Under the pieces are notes generated by a model. It ran no database searches and was not told the DNA's origin. It worked only from the letters and a program-made list of their open reading frames with translations. From Candidatus Spongiisociaceae bacterium (GTDB lineage: Bacteria > Actinomycetota > Acidimicrobiia > Spongiisociales > Spongiisociaceae): a stretch of DNA of 64,000 nt. Below, in pieces: positions 1-10,381 of the stretch. The translations under genes were made by a program, and so were the position numbers. The first letter of the stretch is position 1; the number at the start of each line of letters is the position of its first letter. The stretch is from assembly GCA_965202665.1 (NCBI GenBank), contig OZ241841.1, positions 2,496,001 to 2,560,000 of the forward strand. Reading direction: 5' to 3'.

Positions 1-297
1 GGAGAAGGACATCCCGTCGGTGCCCATGGAGATGCCGTCCGACACTCCGATGGTGTTGAAGCGCATCCCCACCATCCCCGACTCCTCCACCCCTTCTTTG
101 ACCAAGGCGGCCAAGCGGTTCAGGTGCATGTTGCAACTGTTGCCCTCGTACCACATGGAGGCGATTCCCACCTGGGCCTTGTCCATGTCGGCGGGGGTGA
201 GGCCGGTGGCGTACAGCATGGCCTGGGACCCTCCCTGCGAGGACTCCTGGGTGATGCGGCGGCTGATGCGGTTAATGGGGTTGGCGGGATGGTTCAT
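1..297 (-). CDS. ilvD: Dihydroxy-acid dehydratase, N-terminal part (runs off window)
   Basis: Manual translation from ATG 297: [32 protein letters not shown]...CNMHL...[20 protein letters not shown], typical IlvD motifs. Confidence 0.93.
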   Translation of the reverse strand, partial: MNHPANPINRISRRITQESSQGGSQAMLYATGLTPADMDKAQVGIASMWYEGNSCNMHLNRLAALVKEGVEESGMVGMRFNTIGVSDGISMGTDGMSFS

Positions 298-397
298 GTT
301 TCCAATCGTAATCGAACGGGCGGGCGGCGGACGGCGGCGGGGGAGGTTAACCTGGGGATATGGAAACTTCGCGTTCGGAGCAACCGGGCGGGCGGCG

Positions 398-1153
398 GTG
401 TTGATCGTCAGCGACGTGCACGCCGCCTTCGGGGCGTTGGCGGAGACGGCCCGGCGGAGGGAGCCGTTGCTGGTGCTGGGCGATTTGCTCAACTTCGTGG
501 ACTACCGCACCGGGGAGGGGATTGCGGCCGATGTGTACGGCCCCGGCCATGCCCGCAGTTTCATCAAAAACCGCACCGTCGGGGATTGGGACGCCAACCG
601 CCGGTTGTGGCGGTCCGCCAACCGGGGGCGGGAGCGGGAAATGGCCGACCGGGTGCGGGAGGCGGTGACCGACCAGTACCGGCGCGCCCGGCGCGCCCTG
701 GCCGGGTCGGGGGCCTATGTGATATTCGGAAACGTGGACTGGCCGGAGGAGATGCGCTCCATCCTCGGGGAGGAGGTGCGGTGGGCGGACGGGACGGTGG
801 CGGAAATCGAAGGGCGGAAAGTGGGGTTCGCGGGCGGGGGGGTGCCCACCCCGGCCCGGGCCCGGGGGGAGGTGGCGGTCGAGGAGATGGCCGAAAAACT
901 GGACCGTCTGGGGCGGGTGGACATTTTGTGCACCCATGTGGCCCCTTCGGTGGCTCCCCTGCATCGGGATGTCATCACCGGAACGCTGGAACGTTCCTCG
1001 GCGGCGGTGTTGGACTACCTGCTCTCCCATCGGCCCGCCTTCCACTTTTTCGGCGACATTCACCAGCCGCAGGCGGTCGCCTGGCGGGTGGGGGACACCT
1101 TGTGCCGCAACGTCGGCTATTTCCGCGCCACCCGCCGTCCGGTGCGCCATTAG
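398..1153 (+). CDS. Metallophosphoesterase (calcineurin-like/Icc family)
   Basis: SDVH, LGDL, GNVD, THVAP, GDIH motifs; start placed at GTG 398 inside ORF 20..1153. Confidence 0.8.
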   Translation: MLIVSDVHAAFGALAETARRREPLLVLGDLLNFVDYRTGEGIAADVYGPGHARSFIKNRTVGDWDANRRLWRSANRGREREMADRVREAVTDQYRRARRALAGSGAYVIFGNVDWPEEMRSILGEEVRWADGTVAEIEGRKVGFAGGGVPTPARARGEVAVEEMAEKLDRLGRVDILCTHVAPSVAPLHRDVITGTLERSSAAVLDYLLSHRPAFHFFGDIHQPQAVAWRVGDTLCRNVGYFRATRRPVRH

Positions 1154-1204
1154 CCTGGGGCGGGCGCGCAGACTTGGGGTAAGAATCCGGGAAGGGTTAA
1201 GGGC

Positions 1205-1648
1205 ATGGTCGAAGCCACGGTGCAGACGATAGAAGTGAACGCTTCGCCGGAGGAATGCTTCGCGGTGGCGGCCGACCTGGCCGCCTATCCGGAGTGGGCG
1301 GGCGAAGTCCGCCGGGTGGACATCCGCAGTTGGGGCCCGGACGGCCGCCCGCAACGGGCGGAGTTGGTGGTCGACGCCATGGTGCGCCAAGTGACGGCGG
1401 ACCTTTCCTATTCCTACGACCCGCCCCGGTTGATTAAATGGAAGGCCCTGCCCAATAAGGACTTGGCCGGGTTGGAGGGGTCCTACGAGTTCATCGCCGC
1501 CCCCGGGGGAACCAGGGTGGTGTACGCCTTGGCGGTGGAACCGGCCTTCCCGGTCCCCGGTTTTCTGCGCAAGCAGGGGGAGAAGCAGATCGTCGGCACC
1601 GCCCTGCGCAGCCTGCGCAAACGGGTGGAGTCGCTGACCGGCGGCTAG
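1205..1648 (+). CDS. SRPBCC/polyketide cyclase-like (START) protein
   Basis: ASPEECFAVAADLAAYPEW...GSYEF...GTRVVYAL pattern. Confidence 0.8.
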   Translation: MVEATVQTIEVNASPEECFAVAADLAAYPEWAGEVRRVDIRSWGPDGRPQRAELVVDAMVRQVTADLSYSYDPPRLIKWKALPNKDLAGLEGSYEFIAAPGGTRVVYALAVEPAFPVPGFLRKQGEKQIVGTALRSLRKRVESLTGG

Positions 1649-1767
1649 TTAAGCTAGTTGAGCTATTTGCGCGGGGAGGGGGGCGTAGGAAACCGGCCGC
1701 GCCCGGGGGAAGGAGGAACCCCGGGCGGGCCGATTGTCGATGGGAGATCGATCGGACGGGCCTTGGG

Positions 1768-2196
1768 TCAGGCCCTTTCGATCTCCACGGTTTTGGGCAG
1801 CGTCTCCGGACGTTTGCCGACGGTTATTTCCAGCAGGCCGTTGGAGTAGGAGGCCCGGATGGCGTCCGCGTCGCAGCTCTCCGGAATCCGGATGGAGCGG
1901 GTGAACGAACCCTGGGCCAGCTCCCGCCGACGGTAGGAGGTTCCTTCAGGGGCGGCGAAGGAGCGTTCGCCTTTGACGGTCAGCACGTCGTCCTCCAACG
2001 TCGCCTCCAAGCCGTCCGGATCGAACCCGGCCAACTCGTAGCGGACGGTCAGGGACTCCTCCGTCTCCGTCACGTCCACCCTCGGCTGCCAGGAACCGTC
2101 GGAGGGGGCGGCGAGCCACCCGCCTCCCCAGGCCGGTCCGAAGACGTCCAGCAGCCGGGTCAGCTCCCGGCCCGGCCGCACTCGCAAAGTGTTCAT
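1768..2196 (-). CDS. Small heat-shock protein, Hsp20/alpha-crystallin
   Basis: WQPRVDVTE...LTVKGER...GSFTRSIRIP...ASYSNGLLEI; AT-rich upstream region. Confidence 0.92.
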   Translation of the reverse strand: MNTLRVRPGRELTRLLDVFGPAWGGGWLAAPSDGSWQPRVDVTETEESLTVRYELAGFDPDGLEATLEDDVLTVKGERSFAAPEGTSYRRRELAQGSFTRSIRIPESCDADAIRASYSNGLLEITVGKRPETLPKTVEIERA

Positions 2197-2412
2197 TGTT
2201 TTTTCCTTTCTAGTTGGTTTGTTTTTGGTTGTTTCCGCCCCCCGGCGCCCGCTTGCGCATCTGCCGGAGAGGCCTTCACTAAATATAATACTAATACACT
2301 TAGATTTTATTCCATCATCTTTTTATTTTTTGTTTACGGGCCGGCCCCGCCCCCCGGATATTTTCCCTGCCGGAGGGGTGTCCCGGCGGGCCGGCGGGTA
2401 GAATGAAAAACG

Positions 2413-3372
2413 ATGAAAACTATGAAATCAACCGATGGCTTGACCTTGGGCATCGACTTGGGGGGGACTAAGATGGCTTTGGCCCTGGTGGACGCCGAGG
2501 GGCGGATGCGGGAGTTTTCCTCCATGCCCCGCCCCGCCACCGGGGCGGCCATGGAGTTGGAGCCGGTGGAGGCGGCGGAGCGGATCATCACCCCGCAGGT
2601 GCGGGCGGCGGGCATCGGGGCGGCCGGGTTGGTGAGGCCGTCCGACGGGGTGCTGTCGTGGGGTCCCAACGTGATGGGCCGGGAAGTGCGTTTTCAGGAG
2701 ATTTTCCAGGCCGAGCTGGGTTTGCCCGCGGTGGTGGACAACGACGCCAACTTGGCCGCCCTGGCTGAAACCCGGATGGGGGCCGCGGTCGGCTACCGGC
2801 ATGTGCTGATGATCACCTTGGGCACTGGCATCGGCGGGGGATGGATCATCAACGGAGCCCCCTACCACGGCCGTTCCTTCGCCGGGGAGATCGGCCATAT
2901 GATCGTGGATGTGGGCGGGCCGTTGTGCACCTGCGGGCAACGGGGATGCTGGGAGACTTTCGCCTCCGGACGGCGGTTGGACCAGATGGCCCGCGATTTG
3001 GTGGCCGCCCATCCCAGCGGGCTGACCGCCAAGCTGGCCGACGAAGTCCCACCCAAGGGCGAGCATCTCACCCAGGCGGCCATCGAAGGCGACCCGGACG
3101 CTATGGCCGCCCTGTCGGAAATGGCCGGCTGGCTGGGAATGGGGATCGCCGGGTTGGTGGCGGCCCTCGATCCGGAGATAGTGGTGGTGGGGGGCGGGGT
3201 GTCGGAAGCGGGGGATCTGCTGTTGGCCGACACCCGGGCCGCTTTCGCCCGCGCATTGGAAGGGGCCGAGCACCGGGATCCCACCCCCATTGTGCGGGCT
3301 AGCCTGGGGGAGAACGCCGGCGTGATAGGCGCCGGACTCCGCGCTTGGGAACTACTGGGAGGAACAGAGTGA
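2413..3372 (+). CDS. ROK-family sugar kinase (glucokinase-like)
   Basis: GIDLGGTK, DNDAN, TLGTGIGGG, GEIGH, CTCGQRGCWE zinc motif. Confidence 0.9.
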   Translation: MKTMKSTDGLTLGIDLGGTKMALALVDAEGRMREFSSMPRPATGAAMELEPVEAAERIITPQVRAAGIGAAGLVRPSDGVLSWGPNVMGREVRFQEIFQAELGLPAVVDNDANLAALAETRMGAAVGYRHVLMITLGTGIGGGWIINGAPYHGRSFAGEIGHMIVDVGGPLCTCGQRGCWETFASGRRLDQMARDLVAAHPSGLTAKLADEVPPKGEHLTQAAIEGDPDAMAALSEMAGWLGMGIAGLVAALDPEIVVVGGGVSEAGDLLLADTRAAFARALEGAEHRDPTPIVRASLGENAGVIGAGLRAWELLGGTE

Positions 3373-3770
3373 CAGCCGAACCCGTATCGCCGACCGCCGC
3401 CCCCCCGTTGCGGGCCGACTGGAAGCATGAACTGGCGCAAGCCGTTCCCAACCTGGCCAAACTGATCGTGCGGACGGCGCGCGATCCCCGGGTGCCGGTC
3501 AAGTCCAAAGCGGTGACGGCGGCCGCGGTGGCGCTGGCCGTTTCCCCCATCGATCTGATACCCGACTTCATTCCCGTTCTGGGCCGGGTGGACGATGTGC
3601 TGTTGGTGGCGTTCGCCGTCAACCGCTTGGTGGAGCAAACCGGGATAGCGGTGGTGCGGGAGCATTGGGACGGCGACCCCCGCTTGCTGTCCGCCATGCT
3701 GGAAATAATCGACCTGACGGCCGGCATGATCCCCCGCCAGGTGCGGTTGCTGCTGAACCGCTACCTGTAA
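3369..3770 (+). CDS. YkvA/DUF1232 family protein
   Basis: SPIDLIPDFIPVLGRVDD signature; GTG overlaps ROK stop. Confidence 0.85.
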   Translation: MTAEPVSPTAAPPLRADWKHELAQAVPNLAKLIVRTARDPRVPVKSKAVTAAAVALAVSPIDLIPDFIPVLGRVDDVLLVAFAVNRLVEQTGIAVVREHWDGDPRLLSAMLEIIDLTAGMIPRQVRLLLNRYL

Positions 3771-3846
3771 CCCCGGCCCGGCCCCCCGCAGGTTCCGCCG
3801 GTAACCGACCGCGGGCGGCGAAGGTCATACCTCCCGCGGTGAAAGC

Positions 3847-4782
3847 GTGAAATCGGTTAAATACGGCGTTCTTTTTCCCGGCCAGGGCTCCCAGCGGCCC
3901 GGCATGGGAGAAGAACTGTTCGCGGCCCGGCCCGATCTGCTGGGGGAAGCCGCCGATCGCATTCTGGGGTGGTCCCTGCGGGAGGTTTGCCTGCGCGGCG
4001 ACGCCGAACAGCTGACCCGCACCGACCGGGCCCAGCCCGCCCTGTACGCCCTGTCCTACGCCCTGTGGGATGAGTTCTCCCGGTTGTCTCCCCGGCCCCC
4101 GGCGGGGGCGGCCGGCCACTCCCTGGGGGAGTACGCGGCGTTGGCGGCGGCGGGATCTTTCACTTTCGAGAACGGGTTGCGATTGGTGGCCGCCCGGGGG
4201 AAGGCCATGGCGCGGGCTTCCGAAGCGGAACCGTCGGGGATGGCCGCCCTGTTGGGGGCCGACCGGGAGCGGGCGGAGGAGGCGGCCGCCGCCCGGCGGG
4301 GGGAAGGGGGCCGGTTGTGGGCCGCCAACCTGAACGCCCCCGGCCAGGTGGTGCTGGCGGGCGGGGCGGAGGACATCGCCTGGCTGCGGGAGAACGGTTC
4401 CCGGTTCGGGGTGCGCCGGGTGGCGGAACTGCCGGTGGCGGGGGCCTTCCACAGTCCTTTTATGGAGTCGGCGGCTCCGGAAGTGGCCGCCGCTTTGGCC
4501 GCCTCCGCCATCGGGGAGCCCCGCTTTCCGGTGTGGAGCAACGTGACCGCCCGACCGGCGGCGGGCGGGGAGCTGGCGGATCTGCTGGAGCGGCAGGTTA
4601 CGTCCCCGGTCCGGTTCGCCGAATCGTTGACGGACATGGCCGGGGCCGGCGTGAACGTTTTCATCCACATCGGCCCCGGGGATGTGACCGCCCGGTTCGC
4701 CAAACGGACCGTAGCCGGGGCGGAAACTTGGACGGTGGACACGCTCCGGGCGGCGGAGGAGGCGGCCCATGCCCTCGGCTGA
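3847..4782 (+). CDS. fabD: Malonyl-CoA:ACP transacylase
   Basis: FPGQGSQ, GHSLGEY, GAFHS motifs. Confidence 0.95.
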   Translation: MKSVKYGVLFPGQGSQRPGMGEELFAARPDLLGEAADRILGWSLREVCLRGDAEQLTRTDRAQPALYALSYALWDEFSRLSPRPPAGAAGHSLGEYAALAAAGSFTFENGLRLVAARGKAMARASEAEPSGMAALLGADRERAEEAAAARRGEGGRLWAANLNAPGQVVLAGGAEDIAWLRENGSRFGVRRVAELPVAGAFHSPFMESAAPEVAAALAASAIGEPRFPVWSNVTARPAAGGELADLLERQVTSPVRFAESLTDMAGAGVNVFIHIGPGDVTARFAKRTVAGAETWTVDTLRAAEEAAHALG

Positions 4783-4884
4783 CCGCAGTCGGCGGGGAGG
4801 GCTTCGCCGGGGAAACCGCCGTTATCGGCCCGGCGGTCAATACAATAAGCAACCGGTGAGCAACCGGTCGGCCAAGGAGAACCA

Positions 4885-5961
4885 ATGCGCTACGCCGAGA
4901 TAACCGGCTGGGGGAAAGCCCTGCCCCCCACCGTGCTCAGCAACTCGGATTTGGAACGGATGGTCGACACCAGCGACGAATGGATCACCACCCGCAGCGG
5001 CATCAAAGAGCGCCGCATCTCCCATGTGGCGGCCACCGACATGGCGGAGGTGGCGGCCCGGCGGGCGGCGGCCGGGGCCGGGATTGAAATGTCGGAGATC
5101 GACTTGGTGGTGGTCGCCACCTGCTCCCCCGAGTCCGTCATTCCCGCCTCCGCCTCCTATCTGCAGGCCAAGTTGGGGGCTGAAAACGCCGGGGGAATGG
5201 ATCTGAACGCCAACTGCTCCGGCTTCGTGTACGGCTACGTGACGGCGGATTCCCTGGTGCGGTCGGGGGCGGCGGACACCGTGTTGCTGGTAGGCGTGGA
5301 ACGGCTCAGCTGGGTCACCGACTATTCGGATCGGGGCACGTGCATCCTGTTCGGGGACGGGGCGGGGGCGGTGATCGTCCAATCCTCGGACGCCCCGGCC
5401 GGGGTGATGGGCTCGGAGTTGGGCGTGGACGGGACGATGGCCGACATTCTGTGCGTGCCCAACGACGGCACCGTCCGCCCCGGCTCGGCCGGCCCGGAAA
5501 GCAAAATCGTCATGTCCGGTTCGGACGTTTTCCGTCAAGCGGTTACCGCCATGGCGCAAGCCTCCGAGTCGGTGGTGCGGCAGGCCGGATGGGATTTGGA
5601 CGACATCGACCTGTTGGTGCCCCACCAGGCCAACCAGCGCATCATCGACGCCACCGCCCGCCGCCTCCGCCTGGAGCCGGCCAAAGTGTTTCTCAACATT
5701 CACGCCTACGGCAACACCAGCGCCGCCACCATCCCCATCGCCCTGACCGAGGCCTTGCAGGCGGGACGGGTCCCCCCCCGCGCCAACCTGGTGTTCGCCG
5801 CCTTCGGCGGGGGGCTGACCTGGGCGGCGGCCGCGGTGCGGTTCGGGGAGCGGGTGACGCCGAAAGCGGACTCGGAGGCCTCCCTCCCCGGCACCGACCT
5901 GACGGTGTGGGATTTGCTGGAGCCCAACTTCGAACACTTCGGACGGTGGAGCCCGGTATGA
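4885..5961 (+). CDS. fabH: Beta-ketoacyl-ACP synthase III
   Basis: DTSDEWITTRSGI, ANCSGF (Cys), PHQAN (His), YGNTS (Asn). Confidence 0.95.
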   Translation: MRYAEITGWGKALPPTVLSNSDLERMVDTSDEWITTRSGIKERRISHVAATDMAEVAARRAAAGAGIEMSEIDLVVVATCSPESVIPASASYLQAKLGAENAGGMDLNANCSGFVYGYVTADSLVRSGAADTVLLVGVERLSWVTDYSDRGTCILFGDGAGAVIVQSSDAPAGVMGSELGVDGTMADILCVPNDGTVRPGSAGPESKIVMSGSDVFRQAVTAMAQASESVVRQAGWDLDDIDLLVPHQANQRIIDATARRLRLEPAKVFLNIHAYGNTSAATIPIALTEALQAGRVPPRANLVFAAFGGGLTWAAAAVRFGERVTPKADSEASLPGTDLTVWDLLEPNFEHFGRWSPV

Positions 5962-6692
5962 ACCGGACGGCGCTGGTGACCGGAGGCTCGCGGGGCATAG
6001 GGAGGGCGGCGTGCCTGGAACTGGCCCGCCGCGGGAACCGGGTGGCGGTGAATTTCGCCCGCTGTTCCGAGGCGGCCCGGGCGGTGGTGGACGAGATCGC
6101 AACCGGCGGGGGGGAGGCGGCTTCGTTCCAGGCCGATGTGAGCGACCCCGGCCAGGTGCGGGAACTGTTCGCCGGGGTGGAACGGGCGTGGGGGCCGGTG
6201 GAGATTTTGGTCAACAACGCCGGGGTGACCGACGACGGCCTGCTGTTGCGCATGGGAGAGGATTCCTGGCGGCGGGTGCTGGAAGTGAACCTCACTTCGG
6301 CTTTTCTGTGCAGCAAGGCGGCGTTGCGGGAGATGGTGCGGGCCCGTTGGGGGCGGATCGTCTGCGTAAGTTCGGTGGCCGGGTTGGCCGGCAACCCCGG
6401 CCAGGCCAACTACGCGGCCGCCAAGGCGGGGATGATCGGCTTCGCCAAATCCTTGGCTAAAGAGGTCGGCTCCCGGCGGATTACGGTCAACGCGGTGGCC
6501 CCCGGTTTCATAGCCACCGACATGACCGCCGGGCTGGAGGGGGCGGCTGAGGAGGGGGCCCGCGCCAACGCCAGCCTGGGGCGCATCGGCCTGCCGGAGG
6601 AGGTGGCGGCTGCGGTAGGGTTTCTCACCTCGGAAGAGGCGTCTTACGTGACCGGACAGGTGTTGCGGGTGGACGGCGGGTTGGCCGTCTGA
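5958..6692 (+). CDS. fabG: 3-oxoacyl-ACP reductase
   Basis: TGGSRGIG, NNAG, GNPGQANYAAAK; inside the fab operon. Confidence 0.95.
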   Translation: MNRTALVTGGSRGIGRAACLELARRGNRVAVNFARCSEAARAVVDEIATGGGEAASFQADVSDPGQVRELFAGVERAWGPVEILVNNAGVTDDGLLLRMGEDSWRRVLEVNLTSAFLCSKAALREMVRARWGRIVCVSSVAGLAGNPGQANYAAAKAGMIGFAKSLAKEVGSRRITVNAVAPGFIATDMTAGLEGAAEEGARANASLGRIGLPEEVAAAVGFLTSEEASYVTGQVLRVDGGLAV

Positions 6693-6748
6693 CCGCCGCA
6701 AAATCGTACATCCAACCCGACGGGAAAATCGAACAAAGGAGAACGAAG

Positions 6749-6997
6749 ATGGACAGGGCGCAGGTACAGGCCGACATCAAGGATCTGTTGGTGGAGGAGT
6801 TGGCGCTGGACGCCGACAAGATCCACGACGGGGCCGGCTTCGAGGAGGATCTGGAAGTGGACTCCTTGGGGGTGGTGGAGCTGCTCATGGCCTTGGAGGA
6901 CAAGTTCGGGGTGAGCATCCCCGACGAGGAAGCCGAGTCCATCACCACGGTGGGCGAAGCGGTGGATCTGGTCCACAAGAAGGTTTCCGAGTCTTAG
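6749..6997 (+). CDS. acpP: Acyl carrier protein
   Basis: DLEVDSLGVVEL phosphopantetheine site; acidic 82 aa. Confidence 0.95.
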   Translation: MDRAQVQADIKDLLVEELALDADKIHDGAGFEEDLEVDSLGVVELLMALEDKFGVSIPDEEAESITTVGEAVDLVHKKVSES

Positions 6998-7030
6998 CGG
7001 CCGCCGCGGGCGGGCAGGCGGAGCCGTTAG

Positions 7031-8278
7031 ATGCGCAACGGCGGACGGCGGGTGGTGGTGACCGGCATGGGCGCCGTCACCTCCCTGGGTCATGACATCC
7101 CCGACACTTGGGCGGGGGTGCGGGACGGGCGTTCCGGCATCAGGCCCATAACCCAGTTCGACACTTCGACGGTGGCCACCCACTTCGGGGGGGAGGTGCA
7201 GGGCTGGGATGCGGAGTCGGTCATTCCCCGCCGGGAGGCCCGTCGCATGGACCGGTTCGCCCAGTTTTTCATCGGCGCCGCCCAACAGGCATTCGACGAC
7301 GCCGGGCTGGTTTTCGAGGAGGAGGCGGAGGCGGAACGGGCGGGGGCCGTCATCGGTTCCGGCCTGGGGGGGATGCTGTCCTTCGACCAGCAGTTGCGGG
7401 TGATGTGGGAGCGGGGCCCGGACCGGCTGAGCCCGTTGGCGGTGACGATGATCATCCCCAATGAAGCGGCCGGTTTGGCTTCCATGCGTTTCAACCTGCG
7501 GGGTCCGGTGACCTGCGTGGTGACCGCCTGCGCAGCCTCCGCCAACGCCATCGGGGACGGGGCGGAGATCATCCGGCGGGGGGCGGCGGATGTGATGCTG
7601 GCCGGAGGGGGGGAGGCCACCCTGTGCGAATTCGGGATCGGTTCTTTCAACAAAAGCAAGGCCCTGAGCACCCGCAACGAAGATCCGCAGGGGGCGTCCC
7701 GGCCGTTCGACCTGCACCGGGACGGGTTCGTAATGTCGGAGGGTTCGGCCTGCCTGGTGTTGGAGGAACGGGAGCGGGCGCGGGAACGGGGGGCCCGTAT
7801 TTACGGGGAGGTGCTCGGCTACGGGATGACCTCCGACGCCTATCACGTGACTTTGCCGCGACCGGGCGGGGCGGGGGCGGCGCAGGCGATGACCGCCGCC
7901 CTGCGGGACGCCGGGTTGCCGCCGGAGCGGATTGATTACATCAACGCCCATGGGACTTCCACCAAAGCCAACGACGCCACCGAGACGCAGGCCATCAAGA
8001 CGGCCCTGGGGGAAGCGGCCGCCGCGGTGCCGGTTTCCTCCACCAAATCCATGACCGGCCATCTGCTGGGCGGGGCGGGGGCTTTGGAGTCCATCTTTTG
8101 CCTGCTGGCCATGCGGGACGGGATTCTGCCGCCCACTATCAACTATTCAACCCCCGACCCGGAATGCGATTTGGATTACGTTCCCAACCAGGCCCGCCCG
8201 GCCCGGGTGGAATACGCCATGACCAACTCTTTCGGTTTCGGCGGCCACAACGTTTGCCTGGTCTTCGGCCCCGCCTGA
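7031..8278 (+). CDS. fabF: Beta-ketoacyl-ACP synthase II
   Basis: [29 protein letters not shown]. Confidence 0.95.
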   Translation: MRNGGRRVVVTGMGAVTSLGHDIPDTWAGVRDGRSGIRPITQFDTSTVATHFGGEVQGWDAESVIPRREARRMDRFAQFFIGAAQQAFDDAGLVFEEEAEAERAGAVIGSGLGGMLSFDQQLRVMWERGPDRLSPLAVTMIIPNEAAGLASMRFNLRGPVTCVVTACAASANAIGDGAEIIRRGAADVMLAGGGEATLCEFGIGSFNKSKALSTRNEDPQGASRPFDLHRDGFVMSEGSACLVLEERERARERGARIYGEVLGYGMTSDAYHVTLPRPGGAGAAQAMTAALRDAGLPPERIDYINAHGTSTKANDATETQAIKTALGEAAAAVPVSSTKSMTGHLLGGAGALESIFCLLAMRDGILPPTINYSTPDPECDLDYVPNQARPARVEYAMTNSFGFGGHNVCLVFGPA

Positions 8279-8324
8279 GCCCCCCGCATAGGTTTATCAC
8301 CGGCGGCGCACCCCGCCCAACTAT

Positions 8325-8480
8325 CTAACTGTACATGGCCGGCAGGTTGGTTACCGTCTGTTGGGTTGGGGGTTTGCTTCCGAGGCGGTAGCGGGGTCGG
8401 TGGTTATGTGGTAGCGGAGCCAGTGGTTGAGGACTTGGTTTGGGATTTGGTTGTATCCCGCCGTGGGTATTTGGCGCGAA
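8325..8480 (-). pseudogene. Relic 3' end of an IS481-family transposase
   Basis: Minus strand reads LNHWLRYH / NHRPRYRLGSKPP...VTNLPAMYS* with a frameshift, resembling the IS481 C-terminus, ending ...TGTACAGTTAG. Confidence 0.6.
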
Positions 8481-8567
8481 ACAAAGGCGGCAATCCCGGC
8501 GTCATAGGGATGGCCGTTTGACTGCGTTGCGCGGTGCCCCGCCCGGAACCCCCGGCAACCGAAACTC

Positions 8568-8813
8568 TTACTCCTCGTGCTCCCCGGCTCCCCCGTACTT
8601 GGTTTGCCGCCATTCGGCTAGGGAGCGGTGGGCCAGGGCGGTCACCACCCCCACTCCGATCGCGGCCGTCAAGCCGGAGGCCAGCCCGATGAAAAACACC
8701 CCCGCCCCGGCGCAGGAACCGGCGCAACCGGCCCGGGCCACCACCCCCCCTATGAATCCCCCCACCACCCCGGCGGCGATCACCGGAATGAAAAAAGACA
8801 GGCGGATTCTCAT
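8568..8813 (-). CDS. Small two-TM membrane protein, unknown function
   Basis: Two hydrophobic Gly-rich segments; translationally coupled to upstream gene. Confidence 0.65.
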   Translation of the reverse strand: MRIRLSFFIPVIAAGVVGGFIGGVVARAGCAGSCAGAGVFFIGLASGLTAAIGVGVVTALAHRSLAEWRQTKYGGAGEHEE

Positions 8814-9574
8814 TGCGGGCCGTCTTTCCGCCGGCGGCCCCTACGGTCGAACCCGGCTGAGTCCAACAACGCCGGGGGAACCACTTCCGGGAGGACGGAC
8901 ACCGCCTCCGCCCGCCGGGGCGGCGGGCGCTCCGCGGCCAGACGGGCGTCCCGGCTCCAAGCTATTGCCGTCAACCCGGCGCAGACGACGGCCAGCCCCG
9001 CCCCCGCCGCCGTATGCAGGCCGATGGCCGCGGCCAGGCCCAAAGGGAGCAGACCCAGGCGGACCGCCCACAGCGCCCCCGGCAGGGCCCGGGCGTAGGC
9101 CCAGGCGGCCAGCGCGCCCCCTGCGGCCAAAACCCACCCCGGCGGGGTGACCCCCGGAACCGCCAAAGCCCCGGTCGCCCCGGGCAGGGCCGCCAAGCCG
9201 AGGACCAGAACCGAGGCCCGGGGGGGCACCCGATCCGGTTTGACGTTGCGCAGCCATCCGTCCAGCGGGCGGGTCCAGAGCAGAACCATCCCGGCCGCCC
9301 CGGCCGCCATGCCCAGCCACCACCACCAGTCGGTTTCCATGGCGATCGCCAGCGCCCCCCAAACCCCTCCCAGCGCCGAGGCCAGAACCCGAACCCACCG
9401 GCCGGGGGAGAGCAACAGGGCCACCGCCGGGATGGCCGCCAACGCCGCCAAGTCGGCCGCCACCAGGAAAGTCCCCCCACCCCCCCAAAGGGAACCGGCG
9501 AACAACAGGCGCAAAGGCCAGATCAGGCCGGCGGCGGTCAGCAGGCCGGCGGCGGCGCACACCGTACGGGGCAT
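8810..9574 (-). CDS. Multi-pass membrane protein, unknown function
   Basis: Several hydrophobic segments from ATG 9574 (MPRTVCAAAG...). Confidence 0.65.
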   Translation of the reverse strand: MPRTVCAAAGLLTAAGLIWPLRLLFAGSLWGGGGTFLVAADLAALAAIPAVALLLSPGRWVRVLASALGGVWGALAIAMETDWWWWLGMAAGAAGMVLLWTRPLDGWLRNVKPDRVPPRASVLVLGLAALPGATGALAVPGVTPPGWVLAAGGALAAWAYARALPGALWAVRLGLLPLGLAAAIGLHTAAGAGLAVVCAGLTAIAWSRDARLAAERPPPRRAEAVSVLPEVVPPALLDSAGFDRRGRRRKDGPQ

Positions 9575-9686
9575 GGTCTTATTATGCCCGATCAACGCCC
9601 GATCAATGCCCTGAGCGACGCCCCGGTTCGGTCGGTGAGAAGAAAGACCGGCTCCGCCCCGGCCTTGAATGGTTACCATCCGGGAG

Positions 9687-10235
9687 ATGGAATCCGATAG
9701 GCCGGAAGTCGGGAAATGGCCGGGCGAGGCGGTGTTCTGCTCCCAATGCGGAACCCGTTTGCGCCGCCGCCTGCTGTACGGGCGGGAGCGGGGATGGTGT
9801 CCGCAGTGCGGACGGATCGACTTTCGGGCCCCGCAGGTGGGGGTGGCGGCGCTGGTGCGGGACGAGCGGGGCCGGGTGCTGATGGTGAAACGGGGCCCGG
9901 AGGCCACTCAGCCCGGCAAATGGTCCCTACCGGCCGGGTTTATGGACTACGGCGAGGGGATGCGGGAGGCTGCCGCCCGGGAACTGCGGGAGGAAACCGG
10001 TTTGGAGGCGGAGATGGGCGATCCGGTCCACGCCGCCGCCAACTTTCACGATCCGGAGAAACTGAGCGTGTGCATCTGGTTCGCCGCCGCCGTGATCGGC
10101 GGGGAGTTGGCGGCCGGTTCGGACGCGGCGGACGCGGGATGGTTCCCCCCCGACGATCCCCCTGAGTTGGCTTTCGAAACCGACGCCGCCCTCCTCCGGC
10201 GGATAACGGAGGATGGCAAAGACCGGGAAGGCTGA
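9687..10235 (+). CDS. NUDIX hydrolase with N-terminal zinc ribbon
   Basis: CSQCG...CPQCG; Nudix box GFMDYGEGMREAAARELREETGL. Confidence 0.9.
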   Translation: MESDRPEVGKWPGEAVFCSQCGTRLRRRLLYGRERGWCPQCGRIDFRAPQVGVAALVRDERGRVLMVKRGPEATQPGKWSLPAGFMDYGEGMREAAARELREETGLEAEMGDPVHAAANFHDPEKLSVCIWFAAAVIGGELAAGSDAADAGWFPPDDPPELAFETDAALLRRITEDGKDREG

Positions 10236-10381
10236 GCGGCGCCGGGTAGGCGCCCAGTCGGCATCCGATAGAGTAAAATATCCAAAGTAAAACAATCGGC
10301 GGGCATTCACCTAGGGCCGGAGGGTTGGGTGTGGCGAAAGTAGCGCAAGTAGCGCAACCATTGGACAACGGGTTTCATCCG

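Noticed and set aside
2270-2335. HspR HAIR or CIRCE operator upstream of hsp20
   Set aside because: AT-rich with a weak palindrome, but a poor match to CTTGAGT-N7-ACTCAAG or CIRCE.
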